Numbered from the stretch's first letter, positions 13,977-26,799 are shown. The stretch: 64,000 bases of DNA from the human T2T-CHM13v2.0 reference genome, Homo sapiens (GCF_009914755.1 NC_060938.1); one strand, 5' to 3'. Program-made: numbers and translations. The notes: generated by a model not told the origin, from the letters alone.

Positions 13977-14269
13977 GGCCAGGCACAGTGGCTCATGCCT
14001 GTAATCCCAACACTTTGGGAAGCCAAATTGGACAGATCATCAGAGGTCAGGAGTTCGACAGCAGCCTGGCCAACATGGAGAAACCTTGTCTCTACTAAAA
14101 ATACAAAATTAGCTGGGTGTGGTGGCACGTGTCTGTAGTCCCAGCTACTTGGGAGGATGAGGCAGGAGAATCGCTTGAACCTTGGGGCAGAGGTTGCAGT
14201 GAATCTAGATCATGCCACTGCACTACAGCCTGGGTGACAAAGCAATATTTTTGTCTCAGAGAAAAAAAA
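13977..14269 (+). mobile_element. AluS-like element
   Basis: Dimeric Alu; TSD ..AAGATTTA. Confidence 0.9.
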
Positions 14270-14379
14270 GATTTAGTGTTACTTATCTTTTGGCAATGCT
14301 TCCCATACAATGTTATCAACTAAGTTTTAGCAAAGATGTCAAAAAATTGAAAACATTTGACCAAAACAGAATGACAGTT

Positions 14380-14685
14380 TATTGTTTTTTATTTTATTAC
14401 TTTTTTGAGACGGTCTCACCCTGTTGCCCAGGCTGTAGTGCAGTGGTGAAATCATAGCTCACTGCAGCCTCAACCTCCCAGGCTCAGGTGATTCTCCACC
14501 TTAGTCTCCCAAGTAGCCAGGATTATGAGCTCGTGCTACCACACCTAGCTAGCTTTTGTATTTTTAGTAGAGATGGGGTTTTGCCATTTTGCCCAGGCTG
14601 GACTTGAACTCCTGGGCTCAAGTGATCCACCCACCTTGGCCTCTCAAAGGGCTGGAATTACAGTTATGAGCCGCTGCACACAGCC
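14380..14685 (-). mobile_element. AluJ-like element
   Basis: ATCATAGCTCACTGCAGCCTCAACCTCC; CTCCTGGGCTCAAGTGATCC. Confidence 0.88.
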
Positions 14686-15858
14686 ACGTGTCATTTTTAA
14701 ATAACAGTCATTCATTTAATTAGCATGACAACCAAAATATATCAAAAGCAACATAGGTTACATGGATGTGAAAACTGAAAACCCTCAGTTTTCCCAAGGA
14801 ATTAAAAAAACAATAAAGGCAACACATGGATTATCTTGATAAAACCTAAAATCTTTATTACAGTCCAGTCATTTAAAGGGTAAATGCTCCTGTGGCATAA
14901 TTGTCTCTTTTTATGGGAAGGTAATTTATATCACTTGGAAGTCAAACCCGATGACAAGGAGACTTGAATTTAATTCGACATAGAAAGAGTGTGTCCAGGA
15001 TCATGAGTGAGCATAATATTACAGAGGAATGTCAACAGGAAAACCAGAGCATAGAGCCGTGGGGATCCATAGCTCACAGTGATAGCATAGAAGTTTCCTG
15101 GTTACATGAAGTAATTAAGACATATTTAAAAGCCAAAAGTACAAAATTAGACCTGATGAAAAAGCTGAAGGAGTTATCATCCCAGCCAAGCAGGAAACCC
15201 AAATCTTTTATTCCTTCTCAAGAAGGAACAGGAGACAATGATGTGATCTGTGAGTCATGTGTAACATGAAAGTACAGGAAAAGTTGAACTTCTGATATAC
15301 AAATCTGAAAACTTTTTATAGTAACAGATTTCAGGATTAAAAGTCAATATTTATTACCTCTTATTATGAGCAAATAAATACATTAAGAAAACCTTGTTAT
15401 TTTAACCACAATTTTTAGTTTTTTTATCACTATGTTTTTAATATTACAGCTAATTTAAATAAACTTTATAAACAGTCTATCTGATCTCAATCAGTTTTGA
15501 CCTCGAGGTAAGATTTACATAAACGTTTAATAACCTTGTATATTTTTTCCATCTTTCCCAACTTTTTATACACATTTAGTTTTATCTATCTTTTTTATTC
15601 CTTCAATTTAAAATAATCCTTAAAAATCTCTAAGCAAATTTACTTTCTCTGAAACAAAAACCGGTATACATTTTGCATACAGAATTGTTTCTCTTGTATC
15701 TAGTAGTCTTAATCACATATATCTACCAAGATATTAACACTTAGTAACCCTTATTTTAATAAAAAACCTAGGAAGCAAGAAGTCTTGAATTGTCATATAG
15801 CAGTATCTTACATATGAGAATAATTTCATAATTTAGAATTATGTGTTCCTAAAACATA

Positions 15859-16156
<298 letters not shown>

Positions 16157-16235
16157 TAAGTTTTAAATTGGAAATAACCCGGATATTTAATGAGTATCTA
16201 TTATTTAATTTAAAATAACTAAAATTTCAAAAATA

Positions 16236-16510
16236 GGCTGGGCATGGTGGCTCACACCTGTAATCCCAACAGTTTAGGAGGCCAAGTCAGGAGTATCATG
16301 AGACCAGCCTGAGCAAAATAGTGAGATGCTGACTCTACAAAAAAAATAAAAGTTAGCTGACCATGGTGGTGCATGCCTGTAATTAACAGCTACTTGGGAG
16401 GCTGAGGTGGGAGGATCCCTTGAGTGCAGGAGCTCAAGGTTGCAGTGAGCTGTCATCATGCCACTGCATTTCAGCCTGGGTGACAGACAGAGACACTGTC
16501 CCACAAAAAT
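16236..16510 (+). mobile_element. AluJ-like element with short internal deletion
   Basis: GAGGTGGGAGGATCCCTTGAG..CAGGAG. Confidence 0.82.
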
Positions 16511-16986
16511 TTCAAAAATACATTAAGATGTCTTGTATAGACATTTATCCATTTACATTTACTTATTTTTGACAGTTTATCTAGAGTATTTGTGAGAACT
16601 GAGGTATTAGACAAAGCTAGTCATCATTTCTAGGTTATTTTCTTGTTAACCATGTTATAGCCTGTGAATATCAGGTATTCATGTAAGTGAGGACTTCAAA
16701 GTTAAATACATGGGTATTTTACCAATAACTCAGAAAATTCCATTATTTTTGTTCAACAAACCTTATTAAATTTGTCTTATGTATTTAAAAAGTCACATAA
16801 ACAAATATTCTTTTTTTCTGTGTTTACAGCTTTATAACCTTCATGCCAAACCCTAGCACCTTAAAATATCTAACAAATGTAAATATAAAACACAGTCAAA
16901 AATGTATGCTGACAATTCTGAAGACATTTCTATTTTTATTTTATCAATACTTTTTAAATTATTTGTATTTATAAAAGAACTCTTTT

Positions 16987-17290
16987 GTCTGGGCACAGTG
17001 GTTCATGTCTGTATCCCAGCACTTTGAGAGGCTGAGGCAAGAGGACCACTTGAGCTCAGGAGTTTGAGACCAGCCTGCGCAACATAGTGAGACCCAATCT
17101 CTACTAAGAATAAGGTAAAAAATTGTCAGGCATGGTGGTGCATGCTTATTGTCCCAGATACTAGAGAGGATGAGGCAGGAGGATTACTTGAGCCTGGGAG
17201 GTTGAGATAACAGTGAGCTATGATCCCACTACTGCACTCCAGTCTCGGGAACAGAGTGAGAACTTCTCTCAAAAAGAGAAAAAAATAAAG
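16987..17290 (+). mobile_element. AluJ-like element
   Basis: CAACATAGTGAGACCC; GTGAGCTATGATC. Confidence 0.87.
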
Positions 17291-17528
17291 AATTGTTTTA
17301 TTCTTTTGTTTTTCTTCAGCCAAGTAACCTTGAATTGGTAACACCACAGACAGTAAGTCTTGTCTCAACATCAGTAGAAAAATCAGCAGATTCAAAGTAG
17401 GCAGGGAAAAAAATGATAGGCAAAAGAACTGAGACTTTTTAATTTTAGGGTTTTTAAAAATAGTAACTATTTGAGTTTTGAATTTTCTTTCATGTAATTT
17501 GGCCGTCAGGTTTAAAGTGTGCACTAGA

Positions 17529-18127
<599 letters not shown>

Positions 18128-18156
18128 GTGTATGTGTGTGTGTGTGTGTGTGTGTG
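18128..18156. repeat. (TG)n microsatellite
   Basis: Direct reading. Confidence 0.97.
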
Positions 18157-18869
18157 GCTAGAATGGTCCATAATATATAACCAACTCGAGTCCCAGAAAA
18201 CCTAGCAAGCTTAAGGTTAGAGCTTCTTGTTTTGGTCTTTTCAAGATTAAATCCTTTAGTAAGCCCTTCCCCTCTAGGGAGGTACTTGCCAGAGCTCTGT
18301 CTGAAGTTGGTTTTCTGATGCCCTGTTGTTTCTGTTCTGAATGGTTTATTTCTCATTATAAGAGCTCAGCAAAGCAGGCAGAGTTAAAAAGCAGAGACAT
18401 GAAGGCTTTAAAATCATGGACTTCACTCCTACACTGAATCTCAGGTTCCCAGAAAGACAGAAACACCAAGGGACCACAGCAAAGGCAGAAGGAGGAGTGA
18501 GATAGGGAGGTGGACAGAACAACAAACAGGAGTTGGCTCTCATTTTTTCACGCGTGCCATTTTCTTTAGGTTTTTCTAGTTTATGGAGTCTCTTTGTTCC
18601 AGTTGAGCACACAGATAAACTACAGATCTCACAAGGCTTTTGCTGAGAACATCAAAGGCTTTAACTTCTGTTGGGCCAAATATTTAGACCAAAAATACAG
18701 ATAGACACACAAAAGCCAGAACCAGACCAGATTGAGTAGCTCAGTGGCTACAGCCTTTATTCCCTTTATTCTTTAGGATTCGAACTCAAACCAGATTCAG
18801 GGTTCTAACCCAACCAGGACCCCCCTGGGGTGAAACTGAAACCCCACAGTCTAGACAAGGTTGGGGGTC

Positions 18870-19170
<301 letters not shown>

Positions 19171-19292
19171 TGCTTGTTCTTTTCATTTCATCCTGATCTC
19201 CGAATACAGGAGAGTAGCTGATTTGGTGTTCACTAACAAGCACAGAAGCTTTGTTACATTTACAGTGTCATTCTTGGCAAAACCTGAAGTTT

Positions 19293-19506
19293 TGCCTCCC
19301 GGGTTCATGCCATTCTCCTGCCTCAGCCTCCTGAGTAGCTGGGACTATAGGCGCCCGCCACCTCACCCAGCTAATTTTTTGTATTTTTAGTAGAGACGGG
19401 GTTTCACCGTGTTAGCCAGGATGGTCTCGATCTCCTGACCTTGTGATCCGCCCACCTCAGCCTCCCAGAGTGCTGGGATTACAGGCGTGAGCCACCGCGC
19501 CCAGCC
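19293..19506 (-). mobile_element. AluY-like element lacking its 3' end and tail
   Basis: CpG-rich, GTGTTAGCCAGGATGGTCTCGATCTCC; starts mid right arm, no poly(T). Confidence 0.9.
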
Positions 19507-19544
19507 AGAAGCTCTAATTTCAATGATGATTGTGCTTTTTATCT

Positions 19545-20535
19545 CTTCCTCAGCATCTGACTCATGATAAAATATCAGGTGTCTTGATGGTATCTAAATC
19601 AGTTGTTGATTCGGTCCTGGAGAAACACAAGCATAACCTCTATGCCAAGTTATAATTTTACCTATTTCCCAACTTTTTGTTATTGGGTCTCTCCACCAAA
19701 CCAGTTATTCTGCTTCTGTCTTTGCAGCTGGTTTCTGTAGATGCTGTTCAGCTGCTGGTAACATCTGGCCTTTGGGCAGGCTCAAAAATTTGAAAGTTAA
19801 TAATGCTAGATTCAATTGTGTATAGGCTATCCCATAATCCCTGTTTCTCCCCTTTTTTTTGTTTTTATTATCAGTTGTTCATCTGTATGAAATCGTAACT
19901 GAGCGTTTTCAATTCACTGTGTGGAATGAACCATGTATGAAGAATCAGAAATCACATTAACAGGCATATCAAAAGCAGTCAATACCTCATTTACAGCTAC
20001 AAGCTCCGCTTTTTGAGCTGAAGTATAGGGTGTCTGGAAAACTTTACCTTTTGATCCAGAATAAGAAGCTTTACCATTACTAGACCCATCTGTGAAACAA
20101 CGAAAACGCTTAGCAGGCTGCAGGTTGTTTACTGCAGGAATTGTAAATGCAAACCCTTCACAGTCTTGCTCAGCTAAAAGGGTAGTAAAGAAACAGTCTT
20201 TTAAATCTGTGCCTATTAAAGGCCAATTTTTTGGAATTATAGTAGGAGAAGGCAATCCTGGCTGTTATGTTTCCATAGGTTGTATAACTGAATTGATGGC
20301 TCTTAAGTCAGTTAACATTCTCCATTTACCTGATTTTTTCTTAACTATGAAAACTGGAGAATTCCAAGGGGAAAATGTTGGAGCTATGTGCCCATTTTCT
20401 AATTGTTTAGTAACTAATTTCTCTAAAGCATCCAGTTTCTCTTTGCTTAGCAGCCATTATTCTATCCAAATTGGCTTATCTGTTAACCATTTTAAAGGTA
20501 TAGGTTCTGGAGGCTTAACAGTGGCCACCATCAAA
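19545..20535 (-). pseudogene. pol: HML-3 pol with two large internal deletions
   Basis: [17 protein letters not shown] (RT) joined to CFTDGSS..SAQKAEL..ISDSSY (RNase H); then [35 protein letters not shown] (integrase C-terminus). Confidence 0.9.
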
Positions 20536-20539
20536 AATG

Positions 20540-21400
20540 GTATCCTAATCTTTGGCAGGAAATTTGTCTTTCCGTTTGAAGCAGTTCTTTTAAATCTTGC
20601 AATTTTTTTCTACTCCTATACCAGGGACATGCCCCATTTCGTGCATCATATGTTGACTTTGAGGGCTGTATAATTGTTATGGAATTAGAACTTGTGCTCC
20701 CCATTGTCATAATAAATCTCTCCCCCATAAATTTATAGGTACAGAAATTGCAATTGGTTGAACAGTCCCAGGTTGTCCATCGGGCCCTTCACAATGCAAA
20801 ATATATCTACTTTGATACACTTCTGGAGCTTTAGCAGTTTCCACTGTGTTAAATTGAGTGGGCTGAATTGGCCACATGGACAGCCAGTGCTGTAGAGAAA
20901 TGATTGAAATGTCCACTCCTACCAAAAAAAAAAAATAGTATCTACCAAACCTTTAAAGTTCTTTCCCTGGATAGTTATTTCACAGATAGGATGTTTATCA
21001 GTAATTTGATTTACCCAATAAGCTGCCTTGCCTTTTTTATTTGTGCTTCCAAATCCTCCAGTTCATTTAATTTCACTTTTTCCCATTCCCACATATGGCA
21101 CACTCAGGAGCTGTGCTATGCACACTCCTGGCTGTGCTTTCCAGGGAACAGAAGTAGATATCACAATTTGAATTTCTTCATTGTAATCTGAATCAATGAC
21201 TCCAGTGTGTATTTGTACCCCTTTTAAACTTAAACTAGACCTTCCTAAAAGTAATCCCATTGTCCCTCCTGGCAACGGTCCACAGACTCCTGTTGGGACC
21301 TTTTGCGGGGGTTCCCCAGGCAGAAGGCTCACAGCTTTTGTGCAGCATAAATCTACTGCGGCACTATGGGCTATGGTGGGGGACAGATAATGTATGGGGG
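20540..21400 (-). pseudogene. pro: HML-3 pro (dUTPase-protease), disrupted
   Basis: SAAVDL, GRSS, GVIDSDY and IAQLL dUTPase motifs; LVDT..GVDISII and INLWGRDLL protease motifs. Confidence 0.9.
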
Positions 21401-21419
21401 TGAGGGAATGGCCTGAGCT

Positions 21420-22750
21420 GGAAATGCCCTGTTTTAGAACAGGGCCTGGGATGGGCCCTTCAGGGAGTTTCCCAAAATCGGGTTCCCTTCTTTATCAAAC
21501 TTAGAGTGACACTGATTAGCCCAAAGTTTTCCTTTTTTACATTTTAGACATATTTCAGGATGAGCAGTTTTCTTTTTTCACCTATCTGGTGGCCTGACTT
21601 GCTGATTTTTTTTTTTTAATTCTTTTTAGTATGACCATGCTTCCCACAGTTAAAACAAGCTCCAGGAAATAGAGTATTTCCTTTATCCACTCTCAGTCCT
21701 GCCGTCGCCTGTGCCAACAAAGTAGCTTTATGTAGATTATCTCTGATATCATCACAGGCCTTGTTATAATCAACTAAATGTGCTTTCCCTCTGATAGGTC
21801 GCAGAGCAGCCTGGCAATAGGGATTAACATTGTCAAAACTAATAACTGCAACACTATATCCTAAGCAACCAAATCTGCAATCATCTTTTTAAGAGACTCC
21901 TGTAACCAAGCTATAAAATGCACATATGGTTCTCTTGGTCCCTGTTTTATAGCACTAAATGAAGGGTATTGTTCTCCATATGAAGTGATTTTTTCCAAGC
22001 TCTAATGCACACTCCTCTAAGCTGTTCTATGGCATCATCCTGCTTGACCACTTGTGCATGTAAACCAGCCCAGCCACCAACCCCCAAAAGTTGGTCTGCA
22101 GTTATATTAATTTGAGGTTGGGCCCAGGCATTGTGAGCAGCCTGAATGGAAGCTTCATCTGCCCACTAAGTTTTAAATTGTAAGAACTGAGCAGGAGTTA
22201 GACAAGCTAGAGTAAGAGTGTCCCAGTCAGTAGGAATCATCCGACTGGAAACAGCAACATTCTTTAACAGTCCCATTTCAAAAGGAGAACCTGGTCCATA
22301 CTGATTTATAGCTTGTTTAATTTTTTTGAGTAATTTAAAAGGAAAAGGCTCAAATGTAGCTATAATATTTCCCTGTTGATCTGGGGGGTGTATTCAAACA
22401 GGGAACTGCCAAGCCTCTAAATCCCACTTTTGTCTAGCTTGCTGAATTCCTGCCTGAATAGAACTAAGAGCAGTCGCTCAAGGCGGTGCTCGAACAGTCA
22501 CCAGGGCAACTACTTTTCACCCAGTGTCCTCCAGAAAAGAAAGATCTGGAGGGTCATTTTCTTCAAAATAATAATGAGGGGGTGCAGAAGGATAGGGATG
22601 AACCTCTCCCTCCTTTTCTGCTTTAGCTTTAGGTGACAAATAAACCTGGTCTGTAACCTCTACTGTTACTTTGTTATACTCTCCTTCCTCCTCATCATCA
22701 GTGTGAAAAAGTTCCAAGGTAGAACGAACCACAGCCCACACTTGTCCCAT
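21420..22750 (-). pseudogene. gag: HML-3 gag, disrupted
   Basis: MGQVWAVVRSTLELF..PSAPP (ORF 22517-22750); MHR-like KQGPREPY near 21925-21950; zinc-knuckle remnants near 21500-21670. Confidence 0.85.
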
Positions 22751-22875
22751 TGTTACCCTGATGCTTCCGAGCTCCCCTTCTGACTCACCATGGGGATTGC
22801 TTTAAGAGTACTCGGATGTCCTCCAGCTAGTTCCACATTCTCCAATCGTTGCTCCAGTGATCCTTTGACCTGTAT

Positions 22876-22899
22876 TCGAGCCCCCATGAATGGACACCA
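22876..22899 (-). promoter_or_regulatory. HML-3 primer binding site (degenerate, tRNA-Lys-like)
   Basis: TGGTGTCCATTCATGGGGGCTCGAA starts 2 nt after the LTR end (..TCTCAGCA). Confidence 0.65.
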
Positions 22900-22901
22900 C
22901 T

Positions 22902-23347
22902 TGCTGAGACCAGGTCGGTTGGGGAGACCCTAACCCAGCAGCACTGGAGGAATTAAAGACACACACACTGAAATATAGAGGTGTGAAGTGGGAAATCAGG
23001 GGTCTCACAGCCTTCGGAGCTCAGAGCCCTGAACAGAGATTTACCCACGTATTTATTAACAACAAGCCAGTCATTAGCATTGTTTCTATAGATATCAGAT
23101 TAACTAAAAGTATCCCTTATTCTTAAGGCACAGATCACTCATGCTATTGTTTGTGGCTTAAGAATGTCTTTAAGTGGTTTTCCACCCTGGACGGGCCAGG
23201 TATTCCTTGTCCTCATTCCAGTAAACCCACAAACTTCCAGCGTGGGTGTTATGGCCATCATGAACATGTCACAGTGCTGCAGAGATTTTGTTTATGGCCA
23301 GTTTTGGGGCCAGTTTATGGCCGGATTTGGGGGGCTTGTTCCCAACA
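22902..23347 (-). mobile_element. MER9 LTR (HML-3 5'LTR)
   Basis: TG..CA ends; starts TGTTGGGAACAAGCCCCCCAAATCCGGCCATAAACTGGCCCCAAAACTGGCC; minus-strand AATAAA at 23052-23057. Confidence 0.9.
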
Positions 23348-23529
23348 GTTCCTCAGGGTAAGGGTGCCCTAACTCCTGTGGGGACCTTCTTTCGTAGCTC
23401 CCCAGGAAGTAAGGAGATGGGAATTGTGCTGTAGAGGTCTACAGCAGCACTGCTTGCTGAGGCGGGGGACAATTGCTGTACATTTGTAAGAGCAGTGGCT
23501 GTGCTGGGTATGCCTCAGTTTGTTGAGGG

Positions 23530-25020
23530 GCTTGAGGCGGGTCCCTCTTCCTATTTCCTCAAAGAGGTTGTTCATCTTTGCTAAATTTAGAATGACACGG
23601 ACTTGCCTAGTGATTGCCTTTCTTACACCAGGGACATACACTGGGTCTTTTCTGTTGATTGATGGTAGTAGTTTTCGTGTTTTGAATTCCTTTCTACATT
23701 CCTTTCTTGTGTCCAATTTGCCCACAATTAAGGCAAGAGCCTGAGAAGTGAAACATATTTTTTCTTACTCTTAATCTAGCCATAGCCTGAGCTAAAAGAA
23801 TAGCCTTATGTAAGTTACCTCCAATGCCATCGCAAGACTTAATATATTTAGTTAAATGAGCCTTCTCTCTCAGATATCTAATAGCAGTTTGACACTCTGC
23901 ATTAGCATTATTGTATGCAAGAAGCTGTATTACAACATCCTGAGCTGTTTTGATCATTTACGGCTTTATACACAACCTCTTGGAGCTGAGCAATAAAATT
24001 AATATATGGTTCTTTAGGTCCTTGTCAGACAGAACTGAAATAAGGATACTTTTCCCCTGTAACATTTATCCTTTTCTATTCATGTAAGCACATGAAGCAC
24101 AGCTGAACAATGGCAACATCTTCCATTACTGCTTGATTCTCTAATCAACCCCAGTTAGGGCCAACTCATATTAACTGATCAAAGAAAACAGGCACAGGTG
24201 GCTGCAGGTGTGTGTTTTCTTTTGCCTGAGTTTGAGTTCATCAGCCTACCAAGTTTTAAACTGCAAGTACTGAGATGGAGTGAGAACAGGTTTTGTCAAA
24301 GTATCCTAATTATATGGTATTAATCTATTATCAAGAGCCATATTTTTAATAAAGATTGCGCAAAAAGAGAGTTCAGTCCATATTGACTAATGGCTTGCTT
24401 AAATTCTTTAGTAACTTAAAAGAAAAAGCAGGCTAATTAGCTATATTCTGTCCTACTTGCTGGATTATAGTAACGGGAAATTGCCATGCTTCAAGGTCTC
24501 CCTTGGCTTTAGCTTTTTGAATAGAATTTTGTCTAGCACCACCAATTGCTCCAGGTTTTAATGTTGTAACTACAGGAGCAGTAAGTTTTTCAGCTAATTT
24601 ATTTTCTCACCCATTTAGGGGAGAGAGAGGAGGTGGCCATTCACTTAATTCAGCAGGTGGAGCCAACGGGCTAGTAAAACATACTTTTTAAAGTTTTTCT
24701 TTCTTTTATTTAATCTCCTCCGGTAGCTGCTCCTCACACTCAGAATTTGAGGTTAGTTTTTTACACTCATCCTCCTCTTCCTCATCTGAATCTGCCTCAT
24801 CATCTGTTTGAAATGGCTCAAGGGCTGCCTTTATTAGTGCCCACACTGACCATATATAAACTGGAATTTCTGCTCCATCTTTATATGCCTTTTAAAAATC
24901 TCTTCCAATTCTCTCCCATTCATCCAACTTCATAGTCCTTTGCTCTGGAAACCATGGGCAAAACTGCTTTACTGTACTAAAGAGTGATAACAAATTCTAA
25001 GTACTAAATTTCACTCCCCA
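23530..25020 (-). pseudogene. gag: HML-1 gag, disrupted, N-terminus missing
   Basis: Manual translation TVKQFCPWFPEQRTMKLDEWERIG..VWALIKAALEPF; CA and zinc-knuckle fragments; no MGQ start seen. Confidence 0.82.
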
Positions 25021-25101
25021 TCTTTGTATGTCCTCGCGTGTCTTTTGATGATGTGTCCTCTGCTTTCATATGCTCTAGCCTTCCTTCACCGGGTCTTTGT
25101 C

Positions 25102-25119
25102 ACCCCATGTTGGGCGCCA
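25102..25119 (-). promoter_or_regulatory. Primer binding site for tRNA-Lys(CUU)
   Basis: TGGCGCCCAACATGGGGT vs canonical TGGCGCCCAACGTGGGGC (16/18), 4 nt after the LTR. Confidence 0.92.
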
Positions 25120-25123
25120 GGAA

Positions 25124-25410
25124 TGTTGGGGTGATCAGACCCAACACTAGGTCATGGGGGTGATGAAGTCCGGCAGAGTCAAAGGAATGAGAAAAAGACA
25201 GTTTGAGAGAGAAAGTGGGACCAGGAGACCATCACGAGTGTGGAGTCTGCAAAGTCCCCAAGCTCTGGGAGCCCACGCTATTTGTTGGTGCTCAAACAAA
25301 GAAACAGGTGGTGAGGATGTGGGGGTTAAAAGGAAATGGTGTATCAAGTGAATGAGAAACATATGGCCCTGCCTCAGCTTCTCTTCCAACACTCAGCTTT
25401 TCTCCCAACA
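25124..25410 (-). mobile_element. LTR14A-like LTR (HML-1 5'LTR) with short internal deletion
   Basis: TGTTGGGAGAAAAGCTGAGTGTTGG..GGTCTGATCACCCCAACA; terminal inverted repeat TGTTGGG/CCCAACA. Confidence 0.85.
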
Positions 25411-26200
25411 CATTCCCCTTATGAACAGGAATAAAATAGGGATGGCTGTTCTCCCCACTCCTGTTTAACAAGTCCTAGCCAGAGCAAGCAGGCAAGAGAA
25501 AGCGATAAAAAACATCCAAATAGGAAATGAAGTCAAATTATCTCTCTTCACTGATCATATGATTCTACACCTAGAAATCCCTAAAGACTGTGCCAAAAGG
25601 CTCCCAGAACTGATAAAAAAACTTCAGCAAACTTTCAGGATAAAAAAAAATCAACATATAAAAAGAAGTAGCATTGCTGTTCACCAAAAATATTTAAACT
25701 GAAAGGTAAATCAAGAGTGCAATCCTGTTTACAACAGCAACCCCCAAAATAAAATAAAATATAAGAAGAATATGTCTAACCAAGGAGGTAAAGGATATCT
25801 AAAAGGAGAACTGCAAAACGCTGCAGAAAGAAATCACAGATGTCGAAACAAATGGAAAACCATTCCATGCTCATGGATTAGAAAGATCAATATTGTTAAA
25901 ATGGCTATACTGCCAAAAGCAATCTACACATTCAACACTATTCCTATGAAACAACCAGTGTCGTTTTTCACAAAATTAGAAAAAATATTCTAAATTTCAT
26001 ATGGATTTTTAAAGAGCCCAGACAACCAAAGGAAATCTAAGCAAGAAGAACAACGCTGGAGACATCACATTACTTGACTTCATACTATACCCTAAGGCCA
26101 CAGTAGACAAAATAACATGGTACTGATATGAAAACAGACACAAAGACCAATGAAACAGAATAGAGAACCCCAAAATAAACACATGCACCTACAGCCATCA
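25411..26200 (+). mobile_element. L1 ORF2 fragment (host of the HML-1 insertion)
   Basis: ORF 25772 [27 protein letters not shown]. Confidence 0.88.
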
Positions 26201-26204
26201 GCTT

Positions 26205-26518
26205 TCCCAGGATAACACAAAGAGAGCCAAGTGGCACCTGCACATTACACTGTGGAAGAAAAACCCAAGCTCAAGAAACCCCAACTTGTGTTATTGGAAG
26301 TTCACTTGGCTGTATGCTTCCCAAGAGGGAGAAATTATCTGCATTATACTAGACAGTAAATAAACTTTTCCTTTGTTCCAGAAGGAGGTACTGGTTTTCT
26401 ATTCCAAGGCTGTTTTCTATACAAACATGCTTGAAAACAATCATTTGGAACAATAAAGTCAGCGTCCATACTTGCAAAATGTGCGGAAATTAAAGACCCA
26501 AAAATTGTTTCTCTACCA
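26205..26518 (-). mobile_element. Old LTR fragment (ERVL-type, MER54/MER76-like)
   Basis: CCAAGGCTGTTTTCTATACAAACATGCTTGAAAA..AGACCCA resembles recalled consensus. Confidence 0.4.
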
Positions 26519-26799
26519 ATTTCTATTTTTTAAAAATCACATTTTCCGCATATAATATGCTTTTAATATGTGATCATATTCTGAAATTGTCTTAGCATTT
26601 ACCCCCATTTCTGAGTCCAGAAGGATAAAATAGATTTAATTTAATTTAGTAACACTTCAAATAGTAGTGATTGTAATAGCAGAGCTAGTTTGTAGCATAA
26701 AGAAAAAATAATAATATTATTAGGTGACACTTACAAAAAATGCTAGTCACCATTTCTAAGTGTCATGGTAAGTACAGTGATTATTTTCTTTCTTTCTGA

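Larger units (their letters stand above)
19507..23347 (-). mobile_element. HERV-K(HML-3)/HERVK9-like provirus: 5'LTR-gag-pro-deleted pol; no 3'LTR or recognisable env
   Basis: MER9 LTR, PBS, and Gag, dUTPase, protease, RT, RNase H and integrase C-terminal motifs in retroviral order. Confidence 0.9.
23348..25410 (-). mobile_element. HERV-K(HML-1)/HERVK14-like provirus 5' part (LTR14A, PBS, gag, start of dUTPase)
   Basis: LTR, PBS, MA motif FCPWFPEQ, CA/NC ORF 23694 (AYNNANAECQ..CLNCGQIGH), dUTPase SAAVDL..SLLPGE..VPTG cut at 23348. Confidence 0.85.

Noticed and set aside
20092-20673. 193-aa plus-strand ORF
   Set aside because: It is the antisense shadow of the HML-3 pro/pol frame.
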